This document shows positions 48,310-58,915 of a stretch of DNA of 64,000 nucleotides, piece by piece. Origin of the DNA: Candidatus Methylomirabilis sp. (lineage in GTDB: Bacteria > Methylomirabilota > Methylomirabilia > Methylomirabilales > Methylomirabilaceae); contig JBGQJI010000001.1 of NCBI GenBank assembly GCA_041498975.1, positions 14,197-78,196 of the forward strand. The letters are read 5' to 3'. A program made the position numbers and the translations under genes. The notes under the pieces are model-generated. The model did not search any database. It had not been told where the DNA came from and worked only from the letters and a program-made list of their open reading frames with translations. Position 1 is the stretch's first letter, and each line of letters begins with the position of its first letter.

Positions 48310-49355
48310 GTGATAGCAGACCCCTCCGAGCCGCCGTGATCGGCGCGGGCCGCATGGGGATGATCCACGGACACCTGCTCTCGATCTACCCCGAGACCGA
48401 GGTCGTCGGCTTCGTGGATCTCAACACCCGCCTCAGCGACCACCTGGCAAGCCAGGGCCTGCGTGCCCCGCTGTATCCCACTGTCGAGGCGCTGTTCAGC
48501 GCCGCCACCCCGGCGGCCGTCTTCGTCTGCACGCCGACGCACACCCACCTCCCCGTGATCCGCGAATGCCTCGCGCGCCGGGTCCACCTCTTCGTCGAGA
48601 AGCCCCTCGCCACCACACGGACGGACGCCGAAGCGATCCTCCGCCTTGCCACGGAGGCTCAGGTGGTGCATGCTGCGGGCTATGTCTATGCTCACCTGCC
48701 GATCGTGCAGGCGGCGCACGACCTTCTGAAGCGAGGCGCCCTGGGCGATCTCTTACGCTTCACGGCGCACGCCTACGTGAGCGAGGTGTTCGGGCCCAAG
48801 CGGGGCTGGTTCTTCCAGCGGGAACAGGCGGGAGGCGGGGTGGTGGCGAACATGGCCTCGCATCTCCTCTTCATCCTCGGGTGGTTCTTTGGCCCGATCC
48901 GCCGGGCAATAGCTTCCACGCGCTCTCACGCAAGCACGATCGACGACTCCGCACAGGCGCTGCTCACCTTTGCAAGCGGCGTGACCGGGCTCCTCGACAC
49001 CTCCTGGAGCATGCCAGGCGCGCAGATGCTCGACTACGGGCTCACCATCGAGGGGCGTCAAGGCACGCTTGTGCTCTGCCGCGACCGGATCCTGCTGCAC
49101 CTGCTCTCTCCCGCTGGGGGGTACGACGCGGGGTGGAGTCAGATCCACGCGAGCGACCTGCCCGCCGATACCGCCTTTGATGTGAGCCCCCACATCGGCG
49201 GCGAGGCCTTCTACCGTCAGCTCCACTCCTTCGTCGAGGCGTGTCGAACCGGCACGCTGCCCTTTTGCTCCTTGGAGGAGGCCTGCAACACGCAGCGGAT
49301 GATCGACGCGATCTACACCTCGGCTGCCTCTGGCGCGCCGGTAGAGGTAGCGTGA
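48306..49355 (+). CDS. Gfo/Idh/MocA family oxidoreductase
   Basis: IGAGRMG, CTPT..H, FVEKPLA, GGGV. Confidence 0.92.
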   Translation: MSDSRPLRAAVIGAGRMGMIHGHLLSIYPETEVVGFVDLNTRLSDHLASQGLRAPLYPTVEALFSAATPAAVFVCTPTHTHLPVIRECLARRVHLFVEKPLATTRTDAEAILRLATEAQVVHAAGYVYAHLPIVQAAHDLLKRGALGDLLRFTAHAYVSEVFGPKRGWFFQREQAGGGVVANMASHLLFILGWFFGPIRRAIASTRSHASTIDDSAQALLTFASGVTGLLDTSWSMPGAQMLDYGLTIEGRQGTLVLCRDRILLHLLSPAGGYDAGWSQIHASDLPADTAFDVSPHIGGEAFYRQLHSFVEACRTGTLPFCSLEEACNTQRMIDAIYTSAASGAPVEVA

Positions 49356-50209
49356 GCGGCCTGGTCCTCGAGCTCCGTCCCCCGGAGAGCCAGCACTACG
49401 TATCATGGAGGGAGCGCCTGGAAACGGTGGCTCGCTACAGCGACCCCGACGAGGTCCACGCACTCTGCGAGAAGGCTTACTCACTGGGAGCGCGCGCCGT
49501 CCTTACGGTCTTCGACCACACGATCCGCGAGGCCCTCGCAGCCTACCAGCGATGGCGCGACATCGAGGTGTGGGCGGTCGTGCCGAACATGTTCGCGTTC
49601 ATCCGCGATCTCACCGACCGCGGCCTGGTGGGGGCCGCGCGCGCGCGCTTCATGCGCCTCACACCCTCCCAAATGATGCGCACTGGGTTCCGCGCTATGC
49701 TCGACCTGGGGGGCATCCGGCGACAGGATCTCGCCGTCGGCACGATGCTGGTGTGTGAGATGGAGTTCGCCGCCCTTCGGGGCCTCCGCGTGACGCGGCT
49801 CTTCCTCCATCCGCAGGTGACCGAGATCGCGCTTGCCGGCGGCGCAGCGGATGTCTTCATGGCGGTCGCGGCCATGGCAGAGCGCCTCGGCATCGGCGCA
49901 GGGTTAGTCACCCACAACCCGCTCCGCGCCGTGGAGGTGCTCGGTTCGGACCTTCGCCGCTTTGCCAGGGTCGTGACGCCGTGCAATTCAAAGGGCTACA
50001 AGATGTTCCCGAATCGGGATCTGTGCGAGACTCTCTTCCGCTCCGACCCTGCGCGCTTCATCGCAGCGGAGGTCACCGCGGGCGGCACCCTGGAACCAGA
50101 GGCCGCGCTGGCGCATACGCGGGCGCTGGGGCTCGCCGGCGCCATGCTGGACTTTCGAACAGCGGAGGCAGCCTTTCGTGGCCGGACTATCCCGCGCCTC
50201 TGGCCATGA
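49352..50209 (+). CDS. Hypothetical soluble protein (possible TIM-barrel/aldo-keto-like)
   Basis: GTGA overlap with the upstream stop; alternating beta/alpha pattern, G.VTHNP, PCN.KGY.M. Confidence 0.7.
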   Translation: MSGLVLELRPPESQHYVSWRERLETVARYSDPDEVHALCEKAYSLGARAVLTVFDHTIREALAAYQRWRDIEVWAVVPNMFAFIRDLTDRGLVGAARARFMRLTPSQMMRTGFRAMLDLGGIRRQDLAVGTMLVCEMEFAALRGLRVTRLFLHPQVTEIALAGGAADVFMAVAAMAERLGIGAGLVTHNPLRAVEVLGSDLRRFARVVTPCNSKGYKMFPNRDLCETLFRSDPARFIAAEVTAGGTLEPEAALAHTRALGLAGAMLDFRTAEAAFRGRTIPRLWP

Positions 50210-51489
50210 CGAGATTCTTGAGGCCCCGCGTGAAATTGGGAATCCAGGCCTGTCTGGTCCTCGCAGTCGCAGTCATGTTCTTGTTCTCCCCCCAACTGCC
50301 CGACCAGCTCCAGGGTCAGTACTGCATGGCTAACGTTCGCGTGTTCGGCCGTGCGGGATTCCCTCTCAACTGCGACTCGTACCGTTACATGGATTTTGCG
50401 CAACATCCACGGCTGCTGCTCGCCCGCGAGAGCTGGCTGCAGTCCAGGCCGCTTCACGTGCTGTGCGGATCGCTGCTGGGGTATGCTTTGACGAGCGTGC
50501 TCCCGCTCGCCAACTTCAAACCGCACCCGTTCTACCCGGCTCTCGTGCTCCTGAACTTCGCTGCCCTCCTGACGGCGCTCGTCCTTTTCGATCGTCTCTT
50601 CCTCCCCGGAGACCGCCTGTCCGCTCCGGTCCTCATCGTGAGCCTTCTCTTAGTCGCGAACCACATCGTGAAAGCCTTCGTCTGGTCTCCTCACACCCAG
50701 ATGTTCAACATCCTGTCGCCGGTCGCATGCATGTATGTCTGCAAGTGGATCTGGACAGCAGGCACGTTAGACCGGGGGCGTCTCGCAGCTTACGCCCTCG
50801 TCACCGGGCTGCTACCGCTGTTCTACGGAGGGTTCCTCCCACTGCTTCCGGCGATGCTTTTAGCGTTCGTCATACGCTGGTTTCGCGAAGGGAAGAACAC
50901 GTCTCTTCCCACGCTGGCCGTCGATGCTTCGCTCATGAGCCTTTGCTTCGCCGGTCCGACGCTTTGGTGGATGGCATTCGTCCGAGTGAAAACTGGCACC
51001 GACCTATACATCCCCGAGGTCACCCGGTATCACCAGTTCGGCTTGATCACCGATTCCCTCCCTATGGGCTGGGAGGCGTTCTGGAAAAGTGCAAAGGGGG
51101 CCGCTCCTCACCTCTTGCGGGTGTGCTGGAAAGCGGCATCGCTTCCACTGGGGCTTCTGCTTCTGGGGGCTGCCCTCGTCGTGGCTGTCCGAGCGCCGCT
51201 CAAGGATATCCTGCGCGAGCAGCGACTGAATCTGCTTTCGGCCATGATTACACTCTGTGTCTTTTTCCCGTTTCTGGCCCTTTCGGGCCTTTACGAGGAG
51301 CGGTTCGCGTGGAATCTCGTTCCGCCGTTGCTGGCCATTCTGGCTGCCCTGACCGTCGGGGCCCACAACCATCTCGACGCTAGACGAGGCGCCGCCGTGA
51401 CCCTCGTCCTCGGATTTCTCGCCTCCGGCTTGTTCATCCACGAACTCCTCAAGCCATTTGCTGAAATCTTGCCTCGAGTCGGCGGCTAG
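50206..51489 (+). CDS. Polytopic membrane protein (GT-C-like)
   Basis: ATGA overlap; NCDS..Y after first TM, SRP, about 10 TM helices. Confidence 0.7.
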   Translation: MTRFLRPRVKLGIQACLVLAVAVMFLFSPQLPDQLQGQYCMANVRVFGRAGFPLNCDSYRYMDFAQHPRLLLARESWLQSRPLHVLCGSLLGYALTSVLPLANFKPHPFYPALVLLNFAALLTALVLFDRLFLPGDRLSAPVLIVSLLLVANHIVKAFVWSPHTQMFNILSPVACMYVCKWIWTAGTLDRGRLAAYALVTGLLPLFYGGFLPLLPAMLLAFVIRWFREGKNTSLPTLAVDASLMSLCFAGPTLWWMAFVRVKTGTDLYIPEVTRYHQFGLITDSLPMGWEAFWKSAKGAAPHLLRVCWKAASLPLGLLLLGAALVVAVRAPLKDILREQRLNLLSAMITLCVFFPFLALSGLYEERFAWNLVPPLLAILAALTVGAHNHLDARRGAAVTLVLGFLASGLFIHELLKPFAEILPRVGG

Positions 51490-51552
51490 CTTCCGCATGC
51501 CCGGGCAATGTTTCCCCCAACCCCTCGCCCGATCAACGCCCGCGCTTGTGCT

Positions 51553-51581
51553 TTGACACTGGCCTGAGGGATGTCAATACT
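51553..51581 (+). promoter_or_regulatory. Sigma70-like promoter with overlapping inverted repeat
   Basis: TTGACA-N17-AATACT; TTGACA-N13-TGTCAA palindrome. Confidence 0.5.
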
Positions 51582-51968
51582 GGGGACACTCCTGGGACAC
51601 AGCAGGCGTCGTCGGATGGTTGGGCCTCCCGCCCAAAAACAAATCCTGATCATTCGGTCGTCCCCTTCGTGACGACGATCGCGAACGGGTCTTCCAGCCC
51701 GAGGGCCGGGGCGCCGGACGAAGTCTCCACTCTCCATACGCCGGTGCCAGTCGCCACCGCTCCAAACCTCGCCGCGGTCAGGGACGCGACCGGGTGTAAC
51801 GGTGAAGAGGTCAGTAAGAGGGGGATGACGTTCCCTCGTCTGTCTTGCTTGCGTCGTCGAACGCTTGGGGGGCTCGCGGATCGATGTGGGCTAACCTTCG
51901 TCCCTCGATCCGCTCGCCTTTCTCCCAATGCCGCGTCTCGCTGAGGTGGGCACATCCCGGAGACGGCC

Positions 51969-53705
51969 ATGACAAAAGGTGCGGCGGAAAAGAGTCGGGC
52001 GACCGCCGCCCCGGCGGCTTTGTCCATCTCAGTGGAGCCGAGGCTCCTCGACCGCAAGGAAACTCGGTGGCTGCTACTCCTCGGATTGCTGTTCGTGGCG
52101 GGCTCCCTCCTCGTGCGGGTGATTCATCGGGGGCAATACATCGCAGGATGGGACTTGGTTGCGCCCACGCAAGGGCATTTCTTGGCATCTACGCGCTCCG
52201 TCTGGGGGGCGCTCACTGAGACATTCCACCAGAACCGGCACTACTGGCTCCCGTTCTCGGCATATAGCGCGCCCTTCTCGTTGATCCCCGGGTATCTCGG
52301 GCGCGTGTGGCCCTGGCAGTATTGGGTCCACATCCTCACCTTCCTGTCCTTCTTCATTACCCTGATGGTGATCCTCCGGGCCGCCGACCTTCCGCTGTCG
52401 AACGGCGGCATTCTCCTGCTGGCCTGGGGCGCCTCCCCGATGTTGCTCTCCTATGCCGTGACCGGCTACCCATGGGCCAGCGCGTTTCTTCCGCATGCGC
52501 TGGCGCTCTGGATCACGATGAGTCGCCGGTTCCGCTCACGGTGGGTCTTGACCCTTCTCTGGTGTCTGGTCGCGAATGAGCTCGCCTGGCACGTCTATGA
52601 ACTGGGCAAGACCGTGGGCGTCGTGTTTCTCGCTGCCGCCCTCCTGCAGCGGGACGTCCCGCGCTCCGCGCGAGCGGTGTGGCTGCTGGCCGGGATGGCC
52701 CAGCTCGCGGACGTCCTGTTCCTCCATCCCACCGCCAACATCAAGGCGTTCGCGTTCCAGGCGGGCGGCGGTTGGGAGCCCATGCGGCCGAGCCTCACCG
52801 GCGTCGCCCGCGGCCTGCAGGCAATGGCCGAGGGCCTCTTCGTCCGGGATGGCAAGCGGATGGACCCCGTTGACCTGCCGATCCTCTTCAGCGTGGGCAT
52901 CCTCAGTTTCTTCTTCTTCAAGCGGGACCGGTGGTTCTTGCTCGTCTTGTTCCTCATCCAGCTCGGGCTGGTGGTGGTGCTCGCCATGTATGGACCCGGT
53001 CTGCTGCGGCCCCGCCGCTTCATCATGGTGGCCGGCTACTGCCTCGTCTGCATCGCGTGCATGTACCGGGAGGCTACTCCGCTGCCGAGGTGGGCCCTCG
53101 TGGGGCTGCTGCTTCTCGGGAGCCTCTGGCAGGGGGCCGATTTGCTCCGCTTCGTCCGTGTCCCATTTCCCCGCATGAGCTATGGCTTCACGATGCCGTA
53201 CGTGAATAGTCGGGAGGGCGTGGGACTGGTGGATTTCGCTGCCGTCGACTGGTCCCACGAACTTCGCACCCGTGTGGAAGGGGGCAAGCAACTCCTCCTC
53301 CTCTATAACTTCGACTGCTACGCGGAGAACTTCACAAACCCGACGGGGGTCCTGGAGCGCCTGTACCTCTCGCTTGGCCACGAGCAATTCGTGCGTTCCG
53401 TGCTTATCTTCGGCAAGCAACCCTGTCGTTACTGTTGCCTGCCGATCCGCCCCCTCAGTGAGTTCGGACCTTTCCTGGACGGCGTGCGTCCAGATGGCCC
53501 GACACCTCCGTCGACCTTGACAGGCTACTACGATCAGCAGTGCAGGGTGATGGGGAGCGACGCCAGGGAACCGGATACGATGTTTGCAGCTATCCGGCAG
53601 CGGTTCCGAATCGGGCCGGAGTCCCTTTTCATCGATCGGTTCTTTCGCTTCAAGATCGAGGGGCTCATGACCGACGAGCATGCACCAGTTGGCTGGCAAC
53701 CCTGA
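51969..53705 (+). CDS. Polytopic membrane protein with C-terminal extracytoplasmic domain (GT-C-like)
   Basis: GWD after TM1, about 11 TM helices, PRRF loop motif. Confidence 0.72.
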   Translation: MTKGAAEKSRATAAPAALSISVEPRLLDRKETRWLLLLGLLFVAGSLLVRVIHRGQYIAGWDLVAPTQGHFLASTRSVWGALTETFHQNRHYWLPFSAYSAPFSLIPGYLGRVWPWQYWVHILTFLSFFITLMVILRAADLPLSNGGILLLAWGASPMLLSYAVTGYPWASAFLPHALALWITMSRRFRSRWVLTLLWCLVANELAWHVYELGKTVGVVFLAAALLQRDVPRSARAVWLLAGMAQLADVLFLHPTANIKAFAFQAGGGWEPMRPSLTGVARGLQAMAEGLFVRDGKRMDPVDLPILFSVGILSFFFFKRDRWFLLVLFLIQLGLVVVLAMYGPGLLRPRRFIMVAGYCLVCIACMYREATPLPRWALVGLLLLGSLWQGADLLRFVRVPFPRMSYGFTMPYVNSREGVGLVDFAAVDWSHELRTRVEGGKQLLLLYNFDCYAENFTNPTGVLERLYLSLGHEQFVRSVLIFGKQPCRYCCLPIRPLSEFGPFLDGVRPDGPTPPSTLTGYYDQQCRVMGSDAREPDTMFAAIRQRFRIGPESLFIDRFFRFKIEGLMTDEHAPVGWQP

Positions 53706-54332
53706 ATCTGCGAGAGCCACTGCCCCCAGCGATGCCGCTCCTCCCCGAGTCCTAAGAGCTTGCTTAGCTCGTCTCATGGGAAGTGACATGCGCGCGGAGA
53801 TGATGTTCCGGCAGACGCGACTCGCCTGGTCCGGATACCTGGGGATCATGCCACGAGCGGCAGTTGTCGCTCGACCTGTATGGTTGGTCCTGAGACCCAA
53901 CGTGACCGGGCGCGGGACATCCTGGCGATGTTGAGAGACACACTCTGGGAAAGGCTTCCATGGGGAGGGTGTGACCCATCCCCCCTGGCTTCCACGGTAC
54001 ACGGGCCAGGCCTGGACTCCCCCACGCCGATAATCTTCACCTGCTCGCGCCCTTACGGTTCACTCCAGCCCCACATCGTGCACCTAAGAGCTAAGACGTT
54101 AGAACGCTGGATCTGAGCGAGCTGGGCTTCTACGCTCTCTTCGTCCGGCACCTGTTTAGGATCTGGAGATCCACATTATTTACCTTGCCTAGCCAAGCAA
54201 TAGTGAATATTCTCTTCGGGCGACGGCCGTTTTCTCTGCAACGCTGTGCACACTCACTACCGACTCCTCCAACAAGACAAAGGCGAATTGTAAGTTCTCA
54301 ACGATCGAGAACTCTCTATCTGGTCCCCCTTT

Positions 54333-54779
54333 ATGCAGATCATCGAGCCTCTACTTGATCTTCAACTCCTATTCTGGTTCGGCTGGATTCTCAGTACTAC
54401 CCTATTCTTGCTATTCATTAGCAAGTGCCTTTTGGACGTGTCTCTGAAGAAAAAGAGTCTTGCCAGCATGGGTCCTGTTGCCGAACTCCCCGAAGGGTTT
54501 AGTGCCCAGCAAGTGGTGGAATTGGTGATACGCTTGCTCCGGGGTGAGCCAATTGAGGCGGTGTCCCGCGAGAGTCGGATTCCCGCCCTCGAGCTCGAAC
54601 GTTGGCAGCGAATCTTCGTAGAGCAAGGCGCACGCGGGCTCCTTGCGCACGGAGAGGCGGAGGACCGCGAACTGCTCTTGGCGCGGGCCAAGATCGGCGA
54701 ACTGCTAATGCGTTTGGAGCTAGCCGAGGAGCTCATCAACAAAAGCGGGCTTACGGACGAGTGGAAGAGGGGTACATGA
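54333..54779 (+). mobile_element. IS3-family OrfA-like HTH remnant fused to a hydrophobic N-terminal segment
   Basis: FSA..VVELV.RLLRGE.IEAVSRE......LERW...F...G..GL, then leucine-zipper-like AKIGEL.M.LEL; ATGA-coupled short OrfB-like start with no DDE ORF. Confidence 0.55.
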
Positions 54780-55180
54780 TGATGGTCGAGACAAGTCGAG
54801 GGGACAGAAGGCGCCAAAGGAGACCCGCCAGGAGGTCCGAGGCGCATTTTGAGGGAATTGGAAGGAAATTATTCAAGGGTGCAGCACCAGTGGGATGGGG
54901 ACTCCGATGCATGATCGACGCCCTGAGATCAGATGACCCGATTCCTTAGAATTGTGTTCTACCACGGCTATCGGCGAGCCGACATGCGATGGGCGTGACG
55001 TGACCTCTGTGCGGACCTCAAAGGCGCAATTGCTGTGTTGTATCGACTTGTGATGCTGGAAGAGGGGATGTGCCCTCATCGGAGCCTTCATGGAGCGCTG
55101 GATTACGAAGAGGTGGTTGCCCATATCGGACATAGCCCACCCGGGAGGATTCGTAAGATCGTTCGATCGCGGATGGCGGC

Positions 55181-56770
55181 GTGAAGTTGTTAATTAAGCC
55201 CGCAAGAAACCTGATGGGGTATATCTCTCGCTCCCTGAACCACTTCATTTCGTCGAAATCCCGCTTCCTCACTTCACCTATAGTAGCCTTGTCCGGTTTA
55301 TTCATCTTGTGTTTTGTTAGTCGGTACTGGCTAAGTCGATTCATGTTCGGCCCTCGGTTTTTTTTGGACGAGAACCTTGACAGTTGCATACTCCCTTTCC
55401 AGCTTTCCCAAGGTGAAACGCTTTGGGGAGGGAACACCCATTACCTCGCGTTCTTCATTAGATTAGCCGCTTACCACTTCTTTGGCTTTGGCACGGAGGT
55501 GGCCAGGGCAACGAACATTTTTGTCTTTGCCAGTTCCGTCGTGGTGTTTTATCAGGCTCTGGACCGTCCCTTCGGCAAGAAGGTTTCTTGGTATGTGGTA
55601 GCATTGATGCTTGTAAGCTCACCTTTCATCGTGCATTCGATCCTCGCAACTTCCCTCACCTTCTCCCTGCTACCGACTGCTCTTATTTTATGGATTCTGT
55701 CAAGACCCATCACGAAGATAACAGCAGGTTTGTTGGGACCCCTGCTGGTTGCTGGTTTATATCTATACCCTGCGGCATTTTTGACCGGAGTTTGCTTGAT
55801 ATTCTTCCACACCACGATTTTTCACCGAGGTTGGACATGGAAAACTCGCTCAATCTTTTTCACCGAGTTCGTATTTTTTGCCGCATTGGCCTTTCGGATA
55901 CATTTTCTTGTGACAGAAAATCCTAGCTGGAAACAATGGGGAGGCGGATTCTTGTCCTTTGGCCAAGTCGGCCAAAACATCATGGTGGTGTTGAAGGACC
56001 TATTTTGGGAAAGCCTTTCATGGCTCGCACTCAATTCAGACGCTCCCTACCTTGACACCGTCACGGTTGGCTTTCTCATGGTCGGGGTGGCGTCGTCATT
56101 CGTCTTCTCGACGTTGCACCCTTCGACCTTTGAAAGAAAATGGATCTGGACGTGTCTGCTCGCTTTTCTCGGAAGTATGGTATTATCGGCCTTGGCTCAT
56201 CCCTACCCAGGCGTTCGACGCGTTTTCTCCTCGCTTCCTCTGCTTTTCTTAATTGCAGGCCTCGGACTAAAGCGCCTCTGGCAGTGGGAGGCTTTCCGTC
56301 CTTTTCTCGTGGGTACAATCCTTGTCTGTTTCGCTGTGGTCGCATTACGCAGCTATGTCATCAGTCAGAAGGACTGGCCAGCCCTCAGATATTGGACAAG
56401 AGAGCCTGATTTCATCGTAGGAGCACGGGGGGTACTTCTCCAGAACATGAATGGTCAAACAAATGTCGTGATAATTGGATACCCTTCGGATCCATGGGAA
56501 GGAGCAGATTACCGCTGCGCACTCAGCCTGGACGGAAGCGTGAATCCACACTTTCGAAGCGTGATCGTGATCCCACGGTCTAGCTTAGGAAAAAGACAGG
56601 ATGCGCAAGGAGAGTTCATCCTTCTTGCGAATGAGCTCTTTTCCCAGAAAGAGCTTCAAGATACTTTCGGATATCCGCCAACCTCTTCGAAAATACGGGA
56701 GTTCTCCAAATCCCCAGAACTTGATAAATTGCTTGCCATTTATGAATTCAAGATAGGCCCGATGAATTAA
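55181..56770 (+). CDS. ArnT/PMT-like (GT-C) membrane protein, visibly AT-richer than flanks
   Basis: FLDE motif after TM1, FG......R, multiple TMs, RR loop motif, soluble C-terminal domain. Confidence 0.75.
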   Translation: MKLLIKPARNLMGYISRSLNHFISSKSRFLTSPIVALSGLFILCFVSRYWLSRFMFGPRFFLDENLDSCILPFQLSQGETLWGGNTHYLAFFIRLAAYHFFGFGTEVARATNIFVFASSVVVFYQALDRPFGKKVSWYVVALMLVSSPFIVHSILATSLTFSLLPTALILWILSRPITKITAGLLGPLLVAGLYLYPAAFLTGVCLIFFHTTIFHRGWTWKTRSIFFTEFVFFAALAFRIHFLVTENPSWKQWGGGFLSFGQVGQNIMVVLKDLFWESLSWLALNSDAPYLDTVTVGFLMVGVASSFVFSTLHPSTFERKWIWTCLLAFLGSMVLSALAHPYPGVRRVFSSLPLLFLIAGLGLKRLWQWEAFRPFLVGTILVCFAVVALRSYVISQKDWPALRYWTREPDFIVGARGVLLQNMNGQTNVVIIGYPSDPWEGADYRCALSLDGSVNPHFRSVIVIPRSSLGKRQDAQGEFILLANELFSQKELQDTFGYPPTSSKIREFSKSPELDKLLAIYEFKIGPMN

Positions 56771-56942
56771 TGGCAGGGATGAAACGTATTCTTACTGCAT
56801 GGCACCGCGGCGTGAACACCAGGCCGCGCCTCATCGGGCCCTCGCCGTAAGCCGTGGCGTCATCTCCGCGTAGATGGCCAAACTTCCCCAATCCCCGAAG
56901 GGCCTTACAGCGTGCCAGGTTCGCTCCAATTCCCGAACTTAA

Positions 56943-56972
56943 TTGACAATACAGCCCGCACGCGGGTAGGAT
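56943..56972 (+). promoter_or_regulatory. Sigma70-like promoter
   Basis: TTGACA-N18-TAGGAT. Confidence 0.5.
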
Positions 56973-57068
56973 TTCGCGTCATCGCGAGCCGCATGTCCCT
57001 GTCGAAGGAGCAAATGGAGGAGAGCAGAGGTTTCAGTGCGAAGCGTGGTCTCCCAGATCGGGGCTGAT

Positions 57069-58628
57069 ATGGCTGGTCAACGCCTCGAAGTGCAACGACA
57101 GCGGAAGTCCCTCCTGGACAGGATCGACCTTTCCTGGATCGCCGGCCTGATGGCTCTGGGCCTGGGGTTGAGACTTTTCTACTTCAGCGGCTTCGGGCTC
57201 GCAGACGACCAAATCTTCCGAGGCAACATCGCTTTCATCTTGAATAACAGAACTGTCACAGGCGATAACATCGCCTACCGGATCACCTGGCTGATCCCCG
57301 CCGCCCTGTTCTGCAAGATCTTTGGCCTCACCGAATTGGGAATGATCTTGCCCATCACCGCGACCGCGATACTCGGGATAGGCTTGATCTACGCCTTCGG
57401 GAAGGCCCTGTGGGGACGGCAGGGAGGCGTCATTGCGGCGCTCCTCCTCATCGTTCATCCGTTGGATTTTGCATGGTCAACCATGTTCACCAACGATATC
57501 CCCCTTTCCTTCTTTTCCGCACTGTCCATTCTCCTTGTGCTACGGGCGATCCAGCAGGAGGATGCGGCGTGGAAATGCCGACTGTGGACCCTTGCTGCCG
57601 TGAGTCTCTGGCTGGCATTTCAGGCCAAAATCTCTGCGGTGTTTCTTGCGCCTGCAATCGCCTTGATTTGCTGGACCAACAGGAGGCGCCTTGGGTCTCA
57701 ATTTGTCGACTTCCTTGCGACCGCTGGGGTTCTATTCGGCGCTACACTCTCTATGTATTACCTCTTCACCGGCGATCTATTCGCCCCCTATCACGCAGAG
57801 TTACGGTTTCAAGGCCTTGTAGGCCCAGAGGGGCCCGCTCACCGATTGACCTCTCAGTGGTTTTGGACATATGTGAAGCTGCTCTTCTTCCCTGACCGCT
57901 GGGGGGATTTTCTCTTCTCCGTATATCCGCACCTTTTGGTCGCCCTGGCGGTGGCCGGTTGGTTCTGGGGAATCCAGACGTCTCCTGTAGCGTTCTGGTG
58001 GTTGGCCTGCGTGTTCTTGGGGATGCAGTTTAATATCCAACGGGCGGGGGATTTCTGGATAACCGGATTCAGGAACATCCGGCACGGCCATGTCTTCATT
58101 TACCCGCTTATCCTGCTCCTCACAGGCTATCTGGTAGAATTGCGAAATAGGAGCATGAGGCTGTGGTATCTGCTGCTAGGCGCCTTGCTCATCTTCAGCG
58201 CGTGGCAAAGCGTATCGGCCGCCTCAAAGACACACGTGGCGTTTGCCGATCGCCGTAACGTGTGTCGGGTTCTCGCAACGATGCCGCAAAAAGTCATCTA
58301 CTCCGACGGCGCGATCTACACCTGGTGCGCGATCCTCGAGGAGAAGGGCCGCTCATGGCAATTCAAAGAACTGCATACCTTTGAGAAGCAGCAGAGGAAG
58401 ACGGAGATCGCCGCGATTACATCGGGATATCTCGTCACCGGTGGGGCCAGGGAGCCGATATACGGGTGCTTTGACTGCATTCCCAGGGCTGATGAGATAC
58501 TCGACCGGCACAAGTGGCGGCTGGTAAGAGAATTTCCTGGGCCCCAAAACCCTACCCCCTGGAGGCCCGAGCCGCTCCGACTGTGGGAAGTGAAGGAGGT
58601 TCCTGGGGAAGTCGGTGGGACCGGCTAA
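57069..58628 (+). CDS. Glycosyltransferase family 39/83-like (PMT/ArnT, GT-C)
   Basis: LRL...ADD acidic motif, IFG..E, P.....S.....DIP, LAFQAK, RH. Confidence 0.82.
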   Translation: MAGQRLEVQRQRKSLLDRIDLSWIAGLMALGLGLRLFYFSGFGLADDQIFRGNIAFILNNRTVTGDNIAYRITWLIPAALFCKIFGLTELGMILPITATAILGIGLIYAFGKALWGRQGGVIAALLLIVHPLDFAWSTMFTNDIPLSFFSALSILLVLRAIQQEDAAWKCRLWTLAAVSLWLAFQAKISAVFLAPAIALICWTNRRRLGSQFVDFLATAGVLFGATLSMYYLFTGDLFAPYHAELRFQGLVGPEGPAHRLTSQWFWTYVKLLFFPDRWGDFLFSVYPHLLVALAVAGWFWGIQTSPVAFWWLACVFLGMQFNIQRAGDFWITGFRNIRHGHVFIYPLILLLTGYLVELRNRSMRLWYLLLGALLIFSAWQSVSAASKTHVAFADRRNVCRVLATMPQKVIYSDGAIYTWCAILEEKGRSWQFKELHTFEKQQRKTEIAAITSGYLVTGGAREPIYGCFDCIPRADEILDRHKWRLVREFPGPQNPTPWRPEPLRLWEVKEVPGEVGGTG

Positions 58629-58915
58629 GAGGATCGTTCGAACGACTTGGCCCGAGCTTCCATCGGGAATTGACAGCGAGTCGTACGCTCGCCGTCTACG
58701 TCATCAGGCGGCATCATTGCAGAACCACGACGGCGCACCACCCGTCCGTTTCGCCACCGTGTGGCATTGTCGAAGCTGATGCGAATGCAACAGCGGCCTT
58801 CAGAGATGTTCACGCATGCGTCGCACCAGCTCAGTCGCCACACGGGGAGTACCTATGGATGGGTTCTGCAAGCTCCCCGGGGTCCGGGTCCGAGTAGACG
58901 CGGCGCTCGTTCGTC

